Assembly: GCA_951406725.2 (NCBI GenBank)
Contig: OX597825.1
Span: forward strand, 48,050,001 to 48,114,000
Direction of reading: 5' to 3'
DNA: 64,000 nucleotides
From: Octopus vulgaris
Taxonomy: Eukaryota
Each line of letters begins with the position of its first letter. Position 1 is the stretch's first letter. Positions 12,815 through 26,704 of the stretch are shown one piece after another. The position numbers and the translations under genes are program-made. The notes beneath the pieces were generated by a model. That model had not been told where the DNA came from. It did no database searches and saw only the letters and a program-made list of their open reading frames with translations.

Positions 12815-13257
12815 ATCCTTTCTACTAAATTTTGGGTGGGTGGGGAGATAGTCGATTAGATCGACCCCAGTGTTTCACTGGTATTTATCAACCCCGAAAG
12901 GATGAAAGGCAAAGTCGACCTCAGCGGAATTTGAACTTAAAACGAAATACGGCTGAGCATTTTGACCGGCGTGGTAACAATTCCGGAAGTTCACCGCTTT
13001 GATGATGATGATGATGATGATGATCATGACAAAGATAATAGTAATCCTTTCTACTTTAGACACAAGGCCTGAAATTTTGGGCATGGGGAACAGTCGATTA
13101 CATCGACCCTAGTGCGTAACTGTTACTTATTTCATCGACACTGAAAGGATAAATGGCAAAATCGACCTCGGTGGAATTTGAACTCAGAGCGTAGCGACAG
13201 ACGAAATACCACTAAGCATTTTGTCCAGCGCGCTAACGATTCTGCCAGCTCCCCGCC

Positions 13258-13258
<1 letters not shown>
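12815..13258 (-). mobile_element. Two consecutive SINE family B copies (~12815-13000 and ~13045-13258)
   Basis: Reverse complements of 12126-12338, each adjoining trinucleotide runs. Confidence 0.75.
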
Positions 13259-13330
<72 letters not shown>

Positions 13331-13346
13331 TAATAATAATAATAAC

Positions 13347-13389
<43 letters not shown>

Positions 13390-13392
<3 letters not shown>

Positions 13393-13838
13393 CCGATACA
13401 CACAGATAGAGAAATTAAGGCCAACAGACCAGATATAGTTGTCAGAGATCATGAAGAAAAAAAATGCTTTCTAATTGATGTATCAATACCGGCAGATGAC
13501 AACGTATCTCTAAAAGAAATGGAGAAACTCTCAAAATACAAAGACCTGGAAATAGAGGTAACTAGAATGTGGAACCTGAAAACAGAAACAATTCCTATCA
13601 TAGTAGGTGCATTAGGCATGATAAAAAAATATTCAGACAAATACATAACAAAAACACCAGGACTTACAAACACATATTAACATACAGAAATTTGCACTAC
13701 TAGGCACTGCACACATCCTACGCAGAACACTTTCCATACAATAACCATCAGAGCATCACAACAAATCACAGCACATACCCAAGGCACACAGAGCTGCGCT
13801 CGGTAGTGAAGTGAAAGCACGCTATAAAAATAAAACTA

Positions 13839-13841
<3 letters not shown>
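13390..13841 (+). mobile_element. 5'-truncated R4/Dong-like element between (AAT)n arrays
   Basis: Endonuclease motifs NRPDIVV..LIDVSIP..KLSKYKDL..PIIVGALG; (AAT)n on both sides (13259-13390, 13842-13902). Confidence 0.85.
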
Positions 13842-13905
<64 letters not shown>

Positions 13906-14499
13906 GAATGTACTACACCGGGCTCCCCATTCAAAAACAAATCTAATTTAATAATATCGGTAGAATGGGATAAAGGACCCCGTAGAAGACTTGAAGGAAG
14001 CGGTCTTTTAACGAAAATACCCACAACAACGAAATTTTACTGCCATACAAAGCACAGTTTCTCTTATGCACGATGTCTCGGTGAAATATATGCGAATGAC
14101 GCACGAAATCAACACCAGAAAGTTTACAAGTTATAAAAAGGAAATTGAACAAAACAGTAAGTACACAAATTGAGTAATTACGCATACACTCCAATGTCTA
14201 CACAATCATATACATTTTGATATCCATGGGACTACACATACATCCCAATGTTTACACAACTACATGAAATTTATTGGACACACATACACGTATATGAAAA
14301 CACGTGCCACAAATGAAGCAAAAATGAAAAACAACAAACAAAGCATGACTATTTTTTTATTAACAGAGACAGAGTGAACAATTCATAAGTTTAAAAACAC
14401 CACAAAAAACTATTCTCGGAGATAAATCTATCAATAAAAAGAAAAAATACTGACGAAAACAGATTTGTTAGCCTTAAGAAGCTACGTTACTAGTAATGT

Positions 14500-17220
14500 T
14501 TACATGTAGAGAACTCGGATGTGGTGTTGTCTCAAAAAATTAACCCTAAACAGATAGATCCGTTCCCTAATGCCAATGTCCGAGCTCGTCATGCCTCAAT
14601 GCCAAAGCAAAATACAAACCGAATTTGTTATCAGCCAGAACACCAAGGACCACATACTCGAATGATAAACCAGATTCCATACGAAAAATCAACTACAGGT
14701 TCAAATCTTCCCGAAACGCAGGAGCTGGAAGTACCCACAACCGGAATATTCCAAGAGATGGTCATACATGCTCGTCGTCAAATAATAAAAAGAAAAAGAA
14801 TGAAAAATGGTCTAGGGGAGATAATAAAGAAGTTCTTACGGCCTTCTATCAGGCCATATATTTCCCCACAAATGAATCTAATACTGTACAAACCTACTTA
14901 AACTGGAGACAGAAACACCTTGAAGTAAGACCATACATAGATAGTAACAAACTTGCCAACGTCAGAAGAAACATTATAAAAAAGAAATTACTCACTGAAT
15001 TAGAGATTGACCAAATTAAACAATCAGTAAGGGATAAAAGGAACGAAGTTGCAGCTAAAGAATATACTATAGAGGAAATAATTTTAGACCAGCTCAGATC
15101 TGATGGAAATGCAATAATGATTGAAAGAGATAATGTAACTGATAAGCAAAATGAAATACTCTCTGAGCCAACCAAAAACATAAGACAGATGAAAATCAAA
15201 TAGATGAAGAAAGTCACAGAGAAATTGACCCAACAGAACTACATGATCTAAAAATATCAAATCACGAAGAAATAACACACAATGAAAAGATCCCTTGGAT
15301 TGATAGAATATCTAGAGACTTAGATTCCTTAGAAGGGCAAGTGGTAGGATATCAAGGTAGAGGATGTAAGATCTGCTCTCATGAAGTCAAGCAAATGGAA
15401 GTCTCTAGGAAAGTATAAAATTCCTAATTTCTGGTTAAATGCCTTCCAAGAGAGCCATGAACTGCTAACAAAAATGTTTTCCAACAACCTAGTATGATTC
15501 CTTCTTGGCTAGTTAATGTCGTAATATTCCTATTACCAAAAAATGAAGAAACAAATGAACCAAAAAATTACAGACCCATAACAACAATGTATAAAATGCT
15601 AACATCTGCCTTGACTGAATAGTTTTTTAATAGAAGGTGGCATATTCCATAATGAGCAAAAAGAATGTAAACCTGGGCCTTATGATTGTAAAGATCAGCT
15701 ACTCATCAATAAGATGATCTTGGAAGATTGTCACAAAAGACACAGTAACTTGTCGATAGCCTGGATAGACTATAAAAATGCTTTTGATATTCTACCACAT
15801 AACTAGATTAAGAAATGGCTGGAAATGTATAAAATAGCACCTACTCTGCGAAACTTCTTGTCTGTAAGTATGAGATAATGGAGAACCACACTGCCTTTGA
15901 ACAGTGACAATGAATCTCTTAATGCCGGAGATGTAAGAATTTCATGTGGCATTTCCCAGGGTGGCTTTCTATCACCACTCCTCTTTTGTCTAGCTTTAAT
16001 ACCTCTCTTGAAATTGCTCAATGATGTACAATACGGTTATAAAATGTTTGATAAAAATATAAATCATCTCATTTACATAGATGATTTGAAGCTCTCTGCA
16101 AAACATGACCAACAACTACTGGGATTACTAGCGATTATTTAACAATTCAGTGATGACATCAGGATGCATTTTGGCCTCCATAAATGTGCAAAAGTTACCT
16201 TTATTAAAGAAACATCCAATGTTAATCTTGACCAGCAGAATGTCATAAAGGAATTAGAAGCAGCGGAGAGCTACAAATACATAGGAGCATTTGAAGGGGA
16301 TGGAATCAAACATTCAGTGATGAGGAAAAGATCAGAAGAGAATGTTATCGCAGAGTAAGGGCGATACGCAAGACAGAGCTGAATGCAAGAAACAGGATCG
16401 AAGCGATCAGTACTTTAGTCGTGACTTGCAGTTTTAAGATCATTAACTGGACAACTACCGAAATGTGTACGAAAATTGTTGACAATGCATAGAATGCACC
16501 ACCCTAAAGCAGATATAGAACGACTTTATCTGCCAAGAAAAGTGGGAGGCCGTGGACTTTTACAACTGGAATAACAATGAAGATTGCCACAATTGGCCAA
16601 GACACCTACATGAAAAACTGATGACTGGATGTTAAAACGTGTCTTAAAGCATGAAAACAAGAAAGCTTCATACTCAGTTTCAAAACAGGCAAATGAATAT
16701 CTAAGTGAATTCCAAATACAACAAATTCCAGAATGAGATGTACTAGAAACAAGCACAGAAAAAGCTAAGCGTATGAAAACCCGTGCTAAAACTGCTGCCT
16801 TAGATATTATTACTGATAAAGGGCAAGAAAAACCTCTCAGTGGCAAATACCCAAAGAGAGATGATAGTGCCAATGTTGACAAAACCCTTACCCATCATTG
16901 GTTAGTGGTTTCTGGCTTAAAATCAGAAACAGAAGGGTTTATCATAGCAGCCCAAGATCAATGCCTACCTACTAGGAGCTACCAGGCCAAAATATTAAAA
17001 AAAAAGTAGCTGCCCAACATGTTGTGTATGTCGACAACAAAATTAAACCATTGATCATGTTGTCTCCAGGTGCAGTCTTCTTGCACCTACAGAGTATCTC
17101 AACAGGCATGATAGAGCAGCACAGTATATTCACTGAGTAATTTGCAAAAACCTGAACCTGTCCCATGATAAAACCTGGTGAGGACACAAACCACCTTCAG
17201 TGCTTGAAAACGATCGTTTT
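14500..17220 (+). mobile_element. Long decayed R4/Dong-like LINE
   Basis: N-terminal KWS..NKLANVRRNII; RT fragments AWIDYKNAFD, GISQG..LSPLLFCLAL, HLIYIDDLKL; LKSETEGFIIAAQDQ; CCHC remnant; many stops and frameshifts. Confidence 0.85.
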
Positions 17221-17240
17221 CTAACTAATAATAATAATAA

Positions 17241-17927
17241 GGACCACCTAATCTCTGGATGTAAAGTCTTAGCACCAGTGGAGTATAAATTAAGACATGA
17301 CAGAGTTGGCCAATATCTCCACTGGCTAATTAGTCGGCATTACAATATCAAAACTACCGACAAGTGGTATAATCACCATCCTGAGGCTGTAACTGAAGGA
17401 GAAAATGTAACCATTCTGTGGGACTTTCCAGTACATACAGACCGAACCATCAAGGCCAATAAACCAGATATTGTTGTGAAAGACCAAAACAATAAAGTTT
17501 GCTTATTGATCGACATGAGCATCCCCTGTGATCATAATATCTCAGGGGATGCTCAGAAAATATAAAGACCTACTCATTGAAATTGAGAAAATGTGGCATC
17601 TCAAGGCGGTTACAATATCAGTGATCGTAGGAGCACTAAGAATGATCAAGAAGGGAACCGAAAATTATATGAGAATGATCCCTGGCTTACCATCCCTGCA
17701 AGAAGTGCAAAAGATTGTCTTAACTGGTACATCACACGTATTGAGAAGAGCATTGTCGATGTGAGAACTGTTGCTGCTCATGTATTTTAATTTAACTTAA
17801 AAAAAAAATAAAATAAAAAAAAATGAACGAACTACTGAGTTTGGTTTAATGGCCTACCAATGTATACTATGAGTTTCTTTGCCCTAGGAGTCGGGAAGAC
17901 ACCCGGCAAGAAATGGAAGCAAATTTG
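17241..17927 (+). mobile_element. 3' fragment of another R4/Dong-like subfamily
   Basis: HLISGC..RHDRVG..ILWDF..NKPDIVV..KYKDL; preceded by short (AAT)n and followed by long (AAT)/(AAG)n at 17928-18152. Confidence 0.85.
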
Positions 17928-17940
17928 AAAGAAGAAGAAA

Positions 17941-18035
<95 letters not shown>

Positions 18036-18056
18036 GAATAATAAGAATAATAATAA

Positions 18057-18141
<85 letters not shown>

Positions 18142-18152
18142 AAGAAGAAGAA

Positions 18153-18702
18153 GATGCAGTACCAGGCAGTGGCTCTCATGGCTTCTGATCTTAACTGATT
18201 GGACGTGTTAACATGTACATTGTTTTGTCTTGGTATAAAAGATAGGCTACAGCAAATATTCTGCTCAATACCACAGATTTGCTTGTCAGTTGTTTAACCT
18301 TAACCAGTTGAGCATGTCCCTTAATGGCTGACGATATGTGCAACTTTGATCATGAGCAGAAGTAGTGGGGGGAGCATTATAGCCACGTGTTGAGAGGGAT
18401 TCTTTGGGGTTTGAATAATTCACCTCTGGAAACATGGGTGGTTCTTTCAACATCCTTAAACAACCCTTATTCAGGGACCTTTTGAGCGGGATGGGCTACT
18501 CAACCTGAAGAAAATTCTAACTGGGCCCCACCTGCAAGGTCATGTGCTGTTTATCTTGATATGAGATCACCATGTCGCGCACATATGGTTGTGATGCATG
18601 TGCCTGGTGTACCCTTATCAGACGGGTAGTCATGATGGGTATATTGGGCTTCGTATATTTTACCCCAGTGTCACTTAGATTGCATGTACTGCTCTCTCAC
18701 TC
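18153..18702 (+). mobile_element. Non-coding element bounded by (AAG)/(AAT)n, likely a Dong-associated 3' UTR or non-autonomous partner
   Basis: 550-bp block with no ORF between trinucleotide arrays, ending in (AAT)n at 18703-18781. Confidence 0.45.
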
Positions 18703-18769
<67 letters not shown>

Positions 18770-18784
18770 TAATAATAATAATAT

Positions 18785-19135
18785 CAAAGTTCGTCCGTCG
18801 TTATCGACGATAACCAAGTACATTACATGGGGGAAGACGGGGCACGGTGTATCCGGTTGTGACCGATCAGAGCAATGCGTACTCTAAAGGCCCTGTCGCT
18901 ATGTCGGTGACTGGTGGCCGGCTGGCACTAAAGGCGAGAATTTGGCTCTCGACTTGCGCTCTTCACGTTTTCTTTGTGCTCCTGCAAATCGTCCAGTTCT
19001 TGAAGGGATACAGTAGCATTGGCAGTACAAGTGCTTTGTTTCAGAAACACAGCAGTCCTGAAACAAAGCAGCCCGGCGTGCGGACACAGTCATAACTCCT
19101 GTTGTGTCATCCATGTCACGTCTTACAGCAGCATG
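18785..19135 (-). mobile_element. Degenerate RTE-like 3' end
   Basis: Minus-frame AQRKREERKSRA basic helix and a GACGGACGAA-type terminus resemble RTE C-termini. Confidence 0.4.
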
Positions 19136-19451
19136 CATGCGTGCGTATAAGAGTATGCCTGCAATATTTTCTCTCTAGTATAAAGAAAATAAAAAGTACA
19201 TAAAACTTAAAGTTAGGTATGAATATATATATTTGATGCTCACACACACACACACACATACACACACACACACATACACACACACACACATATGATAGCA
19301 TAGTATCAGACAGTGAGGATGAGAGCTCATCACCGCCTTTGGTGGATCAACAGTTTTTATTTATGGATTAATAATGTCATCAACGTGGAAAGAAAATTTC
19401 CACAATTTTTATGCTAAGTTAAAAATGCTGGTAATCGCCTCTATTTAAGAA

Positions 19452-19487
<36 letters not shown>

Positions 19488-19658
19488 TGTATGTATGTAT
19501 GTATGTATGTATGTATGTATGTATGTATGTATGTATGTATGTATGTATGTATGTATGTATGTATGTATGTATGTATGTATGTATTTCGTTTTGGGATTTG
19601 GTTTGCAAGATTTAAATTATAAGGCACAAAAAGAAAATGAGTCTCCCCAGACACAACA

Positions 19659-19708
<50 letters not shown>

Positions 19709-19711
<3 letters not shown>

Positions 19712-20213
19712 GGAACAAAAACGTAATAGAGGACAATAAAACATTCGGACATATAGACGATACCAAAGCGGACAGGAGAAACAACAGGCAAAAAAAAAAG
19801 ACGGGTCATTCATGGCCTTCTTTCCTCAGTCAAGTTACCAGAAGTCCTTACTGTTTCGGGCAGTTACACTTGAGACAGTTCGATCTAGTTGACCCCCAAA
19901 AAGTCTAAGCTAAGAGCATTAGACTTTTTTTGTAAGAAAGCTCGCGAATGTGTACGGCAACAAAGACAAAAGACGGAGAACATGGTACACAATAACAAAT
20001 ACAAACAACAAGAATATAACAACAGGTGTCTTTCGGCTGAGAACGAATCAAACTGAGCTGGCGTGTATGAAGTGAAAGCCTAAACGCAGGAACATAGGAG
20101 ATGGACATAAGATGTATTGGCAGTCAGCAGTCAGGCCAAGAAAGAAGGATCATGGCTGGCCGGACACCGGTGAGGAGGAAGGAGAGAGGGGTAGGGGGCA
20201 ATGGGATTGAAGG
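19709..20213 (-). mobile_element. Second copy of the 4053-4680 repeat
   Basis: Long collinear identity with 4053-4480; starts after (AT)n. Confidence 0.7.
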
Positions 20214-21770
20214 ATACACACACACACTAAATATTTTTAACTCCTATTTCATTAAATATTGGATATCGGCTTTAAAATTATTCTATCATTGTGAGGAGTT
20301 TGAATTTCTCTCAGATTGAAGTATAAGAAGCTTACACGTTAGGTTTTTGGAAATAATTCTAATACCAGCACAAGAGCCATATTCCTACCAGTTTCTCAAA
20401 TCATGATTAACATCTGATATTTAAAAAGTATTTCAGAATATAATCTCGCACATAATTTCTTTCTCTCTTTGTTTCTCTCTCAGTACTACGCCAATACTAC
20501 GCATGGTTGACCCTGAAGGTGTTCCCCTTTCAGCTTTAGTTATCCTTAATACACAGCAATGACCACAATGTTAGCCTCCTTTACCGACTTCTCTAACATT
20601 TTCGCTCTTTACCACACGTGTACGATCTCAAAATAAGGAGATAACAAAACCTATATCAGAATGGTTGAACTCTGTTTATAGCACAAGTAAATATTTAAGT
20701 TGAGAATTCTACTTAATGAAAAAAAAGTTGACAAAATAGAAAATAGTTTACAGGAGCCATCTATATTTCCTTCCGGATCTGCAGGTGTAGCTAGAAAACA
20801 CTGCAAACTTGAACGGTTTTACTGTGGTTGAACTCCGTTTATAGCACCAGGTTTGATGCACGCTGAGTTTGATGCACACTTAACTATTCCATTACATAAA
20901 CAGGCTTCTTGAGATTTCTCTAAAAATCTTCTCTCGACGCTCCTCTAATTTCAGTACAACATTGAGACAAAGAAGAAGAAATAGCGAAAGATTAATTCTA
21001 CATGGCAGAATTCCGAGCCCGGAAGTCTAAATTCGGATTTTATTGCTGAAAATATCTATGTCAAAGATTTGGCTTTTCCTTGCATCGTCACACATCTACA
21101 CACCCATATGCACACACACACACATACACGCACACACTCACACACGTTTACACATTCTCGTATTATATACATCTACTCACGCTACACGCGCCATATTTAT
21201 CCACAAGATCTACAGGCATATCAACATAAACCGTGTGTAGACACACATCTACACACAAGCCACACACAACTACAAAACAGAAAATTTGTAACCAGTTTAA
21301 GGGTTACTCGTTCTTTACACTATGTTCCTACTACTTACAGAGGCCAGCTGTGTCCACTCTTGGCAAGTAATTGAACCAACTATGTGTTGTTCGACCGTCT
21401 TGAAAAAAGCAACCAAATTTCCCTAAAACCCGATCTGCTGTGACCATTTCGTATTTTATTCAGAGATAATATATCAACAATTACTTTATAGTGTTTCTTT
21501 CTCAAGTAGTGTGTGATTTAAGAGAAATTTTGCTGCAATTTCTAGCATGGGATTAGGTACAACAGAGTGTATAAATCAAGTCTGTAACTAGTTCGTTAGC
21601 TTCCAGTACTGAGTTCAATTATATCCTTGGACAAGCGAATAGTTTTCTGTTGAAGGGCACTTCTTTTTCTATCTCATCCGTTTAAGTGTTACGTTCTTGA
21701 CACATAAATTATTGTGGTAAAGGAGTTAGCATAATGGCTATATAATACTAACACTATTGCTATACAATGT

Positions 21771-21915
21771 GGAGAAGCGTGGTTTAGCGGTTAGAGTGTA
21801 GCGATCATGATCGTAAGATTGTGGTTTTAGTTCCTGGACGGGGCGATGCGCTGCGTTTCTTAAGCAAGACACTTCTTTTAACGTAACTACAGCCCACTCA
21901 GCTGGCAAACATGAG
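21771..21915 (+). mobile_element. tRNA-derived SINE, third family, degenerate
   Basis: GCGTGGTTTAGCGGTTAG box A-like head, box B-like GGTTTTAGTTCC, then AGCAAGACACTT. Confidence 0.5.
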
Positions 21916-22311
21916 TAATCCACAAACACACATACATATAGACACACACACACACACAAATATATATATATATAACTTTTTATCGTATCTTTTTATTCAT
22001 ATCATGAGATACTCTTGTACCTATTTAGCCATATTACCTTACTTCTTACCTCACTAACACCGGTTGACAAGCGGTCTAGGGAACAAACACAGACACGATA
22101 CACACAAGCACAGGCGCGCACGTGCACGCACACAAACATATACACGCACGATGGGCTTCTTTTCAGTTTCCTTCTACCAAATCCACTCACAAGGCTTTGG
22201 TTGATCTAAGGCTGTAATAGAAAACACTAGCATAATGTGTCACGCAGTAGAACTTAACCCGGGATCATGTATATACACACATACACACACACATATATAT
22301 ATATAAGTATG

Positions 22312-22342
<31 letters not shown>

Positions 22343-22441
22343 GTGTATATATATATGTATATAAGTATGTATAAATATATATGTATATATGTATATATAT
22401 ATATGCATATATATAAGTATATATATATAAGTATATATATA

Positions 22442-22473
<32 letters not shown>

Positions 22474-22478
<5 letters not shown>

Positions 22479-22549
22479 AGGTTTGGAGATGATGTACAGG
22501 TATTTTATATTAGAAGAAATGAGGTACTCAGAAGTTCGGATGGGGAGAA

Positions 22550-22592
<43 letters not shown>

Positions 22593-22888
22593 ATGTGTGT
22601 GTGTGTGTTTTTGTATTTGGAAGAAGTGTTAAAGAAAAAGAGGGGAAGGCAGAGGGAAGAAGAAGAAAAAAATTTTGTTCTGCTGGACAGGATGTTTATT
22701 CCAGGGGGGGGGTCTAAGATCTTGGGGAAAAAGAATTTAAGTTTTGACCATTTTATAGTATTATTCTTTTTCCCCAAGATCTTAGACCCCCCCCCTGGAA
22801 TAAACATCCTGTCCAGCAGAACAAAATTTTTTTTCTTCTTCTTCCCTCTGCCTTCCCTTCTTTTTCTTTAACACTTCTTCCAAATACA

Positions 22889-22920
<32 letters not shown>
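22474..22920. mobile_element. Penelope-like pLTR fragment folded into an inverted repeat
   Basis: Arms ~22594-22736 and 22763-~22905 near-perfect, 26-nt spacer; sequence matches the pLTR repeats at 51135-51790; TA-rich flanks. Confidence 0.75.
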
Positions 22921-22957
<37 letters not shown>

Positions 22958-23502
22958 TCAAAAGAATGGATCACCCAACCCTGTGAATGACCAGGCAGAA
23001 AAGGCACAATAGTTTTCGCCCTCACCCACTTGGACAACCAGAGAAAAAGTTCCCATCACAAGAAAAGGAAGGACGGAACACAAACACAAACATAAAGAAG
23101 GAAAGGAAGAAAAAGGAGAAAGCAAAAATGAAACAATCAAAACCGAAACCCCAACCCACCAAACAAAAAACAGAAAACCCCATGGAGGATCCAATGCCAT
23201 CCAAAACACTACAGGAGAGAAGAAATTTGGAAGGCACTCAAGAACCGGCAAATTTTACCTGCAAGGCAAATGTTGGCATGGGGAAGACGGCAAAAACTGC
23301 CAGTTTGCCCACCCGACACCCCGCCAAAACTACTGGGGCCTTAAAGAGAAAAACTTCCCTGAGGAAAGACAAATGTCTCCAAGGAAAAGATTTACAAAAG
23401 AAGTGCGCTCTTCAGAGGTTATGCGCAACGCAGCAGCTGAGCAAGAGTCTTTTTTGTAGATGCCTATATGTATCTTGTATGTTATAATGCATTTGCTAAG
23501 TA

Positions 23503-24708
23503 TCAGATCATCCCATAAGTTCTGGGATTTTAAATATTGAATGAAATTTAATAGTATTTTAGAACGTCTAATGGAATTAAAAATTATTTTTATGCATTTG
23601 TGTACATTTAAACTAATTAAATATTATTTTACAGAATAATAAAATTAAAATTTCTTTGATTAAAACCCTTTTAAACATGAAAGTATCCAAAGAGCATTTG
23701 AGGCACATAATGCTTTATGAGTACTGCAGCTGAAGCGACTCGAAACATACACTAAGTTTATGGGAAAGAATGCTTGAATGAAAGAATTTGCAGAAGATGG
23801 TTTGCAAAATTCAGAAGTGGACATTTCAGCCTTGAAGATGAAGATCGAACAGGACGTCCAGTTGAGTTTGATGATAAGCTCCTTGAGGCATTACTTGAAG
23901 AAAATCCTGCATTATCAGTCGAAGAATTGGCAATAAAGCTTAATTCAAACCATACAAGTGTTCATCGTCATCTTCAACAACTTGGAAAGGTTCCTTAACT
24001 TGGAAAATGAGTGCCTCATGAATTATCCGAAAGCAACCGCAAATCCCGAGTTGGCATTTGCTCTTCTCTCTATTCTCGCGAACTCATTTCACCCTTTTTG
24101 GATAGAATTGTGACTAGTGACGAAAAATGGATCTTCTATCGAAATGTTAAGCGTCATAAACAGTGGCTTGGTAAAAGGGAAAAAGCTCAACCACAACCGA
24201 GAAGGGAACTTCATGGGAAAAAAGTTCTCTCTATCTGGTGGGTTTGCAGTTAGAGTAATTCACTTTGAATTGTTACCACCTAACGCAATAATCAATGCTC
24301 AAGGCAGCTGTCAGCTATTAGAGCGTTTGAACCAAGTGAATCGAAAAGGAGTGATGTTTCATCAGGACAATACGCGAGCCCTCACTGCAAAGATCACATC
24401 ACAGAAGATCGAAGAGCTTGTTTGGGAAAAAATTCCTCGTTCACCTTATTCTCTCGACCTTGCTTCTTTAGACTACCATCTGTTACGTAGTTTGCAAAAA
24501 TCATTTGGGGGACATAACTTTCGCAATCCAGGAGGAGGTCGAAACTGACATTTCAGAGTTCTTCGCTTTGAAAGCAAAAGAGTTTTACATTGATGGGATT
24601 AAAAAGCTTGTAAATTGATGGAAGGAAGTCATAGATAATCATAGATATAATATTTGAGCACTTGTTTTCTTTATTCAAAATTCAGACAGAACTTATGGGA
24701 TGACCTGA
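23503..24708 (+). mobile_element. Full-length decayed mariner transposon
   Basis: TIRs TCAGATCATCCCATAAGTTCTG / CAGAACTTATGGGATGACCTGA with TA on each side; transposase from ATG 23677 with (W)VPHEL, IVTSDEKW, HQDN, YSLDLASLDY. Confidence 0.92.
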
Positions 24709-24729
24709 TATAAACATAGTGTCAGTTTA

Positions 24730-24928
24730 ATGGTTTTGAATTTTGGCACAAGGCCAGCAATTTCGGAGGAGTGGGTTATTCAATTACATTGACCTCAGTT
24801 ATCAACTGGTGCGTATTTTATCGACGAAGTCGACCTCGGCGGCATTTAAACTCAGAGAATAAAAACGGAAGAAATGCCGCTAAGCATTTTGTCCGGCGTG
24901 CTAACGGATCTGCCAGCTTGTCTCCTTA
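24730..24928 (-). mobile_element. SINE family B
   Basis: Reverse complement of 12126-12338. Confidence 0.75.
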
Positions 24929-25573
24929 AACTGTCTATATATTTGCAAGTTACTAGATGAAGTGTTAGTGGTGTTGATGATAATAATGACAGTTAGTGGT
25001 GGTGGTCGTGGTGGTTGTTGTAGTATTGGTAGTGTTAATGACAGTTTCGTTAGCAGAGGTGGTAGCAGTGATGGCAGTGGTGATGGTGGTGGTGTTAGTT
25101 GTAGTCGTAGTTGTGTCGGTTGAAGTGTTGGTAAAGTCGAAATATCTTGTAAGATAACCGAAATTTCTTCCAACGCCAGAATACTAAATCCTATATAAAC
25201 AGACAAACCAGCAGCAGTAGCAGTGACGGCAGCCACAGCAGCAGCAGTAGTCTAGTTTATTGTGTTGTTCTTAATATCTCTGACCTTGACATCCGACCGA
25301 ATTGCTGTAGGTTCTTTTGTATCAGCGTTTCCAGTAAACAGCCAACTATGAAGTGTTCTGATTGGCTGAGCTAGACATCGCTCTAACATTGCTTTAAGTT
25401 ACAGCAAAGTCGTTTTAATACGGCAGCGCAAAAATATCGGAGCCGATTGTCAGAGTATTTCATATACCGCCAACAACCACAACACTCTCCACATTTTTAC
25501 TGCTGCTTGTTGCAGAATAGGAGTTTATTGGCAAACAGCTCGTATACAACTCACACACACACACACACACACA

Positions 25574-25644
<71 letters not shown>

Positions 25645-25992
25645 ACTCACTCACGCACACACAGCCACACATACACACATAGACATTGCTTCTGCACAGA
25701 TTGTGCTGCAGTAGTAAGAGAACATATTATTGTAGGTGTTCTCAAGTGCAAACTGTAGAGGGCGTCACGGCAAGAAAGGTTATAAATTGTTTCTATTGAC
25801 AAAATACTGTAGCTTCAAGGTCCAAATAACAAGCTAGCTCATCCCTCCCGCCACCACCGGTTGCTGTTCACTTGAAAAGATTAATGAAGCAAAGGTTGAA
25901 AATTGAGCGAAATGTTGAATAATAACAAATAGTATTTGAAATATGTTAGGAGAAATATCTGGTGGATTTATTGATTTGTGAATGTCATTTGG

Positions 25993-26610
25993 GAGGGACA
26001 ACGCGATATCCTCTTTATACGTTTATACGCAATATATCTGGAATAGGATAGGAAGGACAATGCTATGCCCTCTCTATACGTAGTACATCTAGAACAGAAG
26101 GGACAATGTTTTGTCCTGCCTGTATGTAATACATCCGGTGCCAGATTTAGGACAAATGAGACCCCACGCTAGTTAAGTTATGAGGCCCCTTATTTGGGCA
26201 GTGGGGCATATATGCTCAGGAAATTCATCGTAAAATATTTTTTGAGTAGGAAGATGCCCCCCACCGACCCACTGGTCAATAGGGCCCTGTGCTTAATCAC
26301 ATCTAAGCACAATGGTAAATCCGGCACTAAATACATCTATGACATAAGGGACAATGCAATGTCCTCTCTATACGTAATACATCTAGAATAGATGGCACAA
26401 CGTTTTGTTCTCTCTGTACGTGATACATCAAGACCAGAAGAGACAATGCTATGCTCTCTATAAGTAATACATATGGTATATAAGGGACAATGCTATGTTC
26501 CCCTTATAGAAAATACATCTGGAACAGAAGGGACAATACTATAGTCTCTCCATACGTAATACACATGGAAGAGAAAGAACAATGTTTTGTCCTCTCTGTG
26601 TGTAATACCT
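25993..26610. repeat. Minisatellite, ~45-bp unit
   Basis: Recurrent GGGACAATGCTATGTCCTCTCTATACGTAATACATCTAGAACAGAA-like unit. Confidence 0.8.
26136..26329. mobile_element. hAT-type MITE inside the minisatellite
   Basis: TIRs CGGTGCCAGATTTA / TAAATCCGGCACTA; 8-bp TSD AATACATC at 26128-26135 and 26330-26337. Confidence 0.8.
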
Positions 26611-26704
26611 CACTTATATTTCCTAATACATGAAAAACTAAAATGTGATGGGATGATATAATTTTCAATAGAGAAAACTAATTATGGTAAATCTATCCTG
26701 CACA

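Noticed and set aside
19805-19875. Minus-strand GAAAC..CTGAGGA as a permuted hammerhead
   Set aside because: Required stems do not pair convincingly
22987-23487. 166-aa lysine-rich ORF as a host gene
   Set aside because: Low complexity with no motifs; more likely a LINE ORF1-tail remnant
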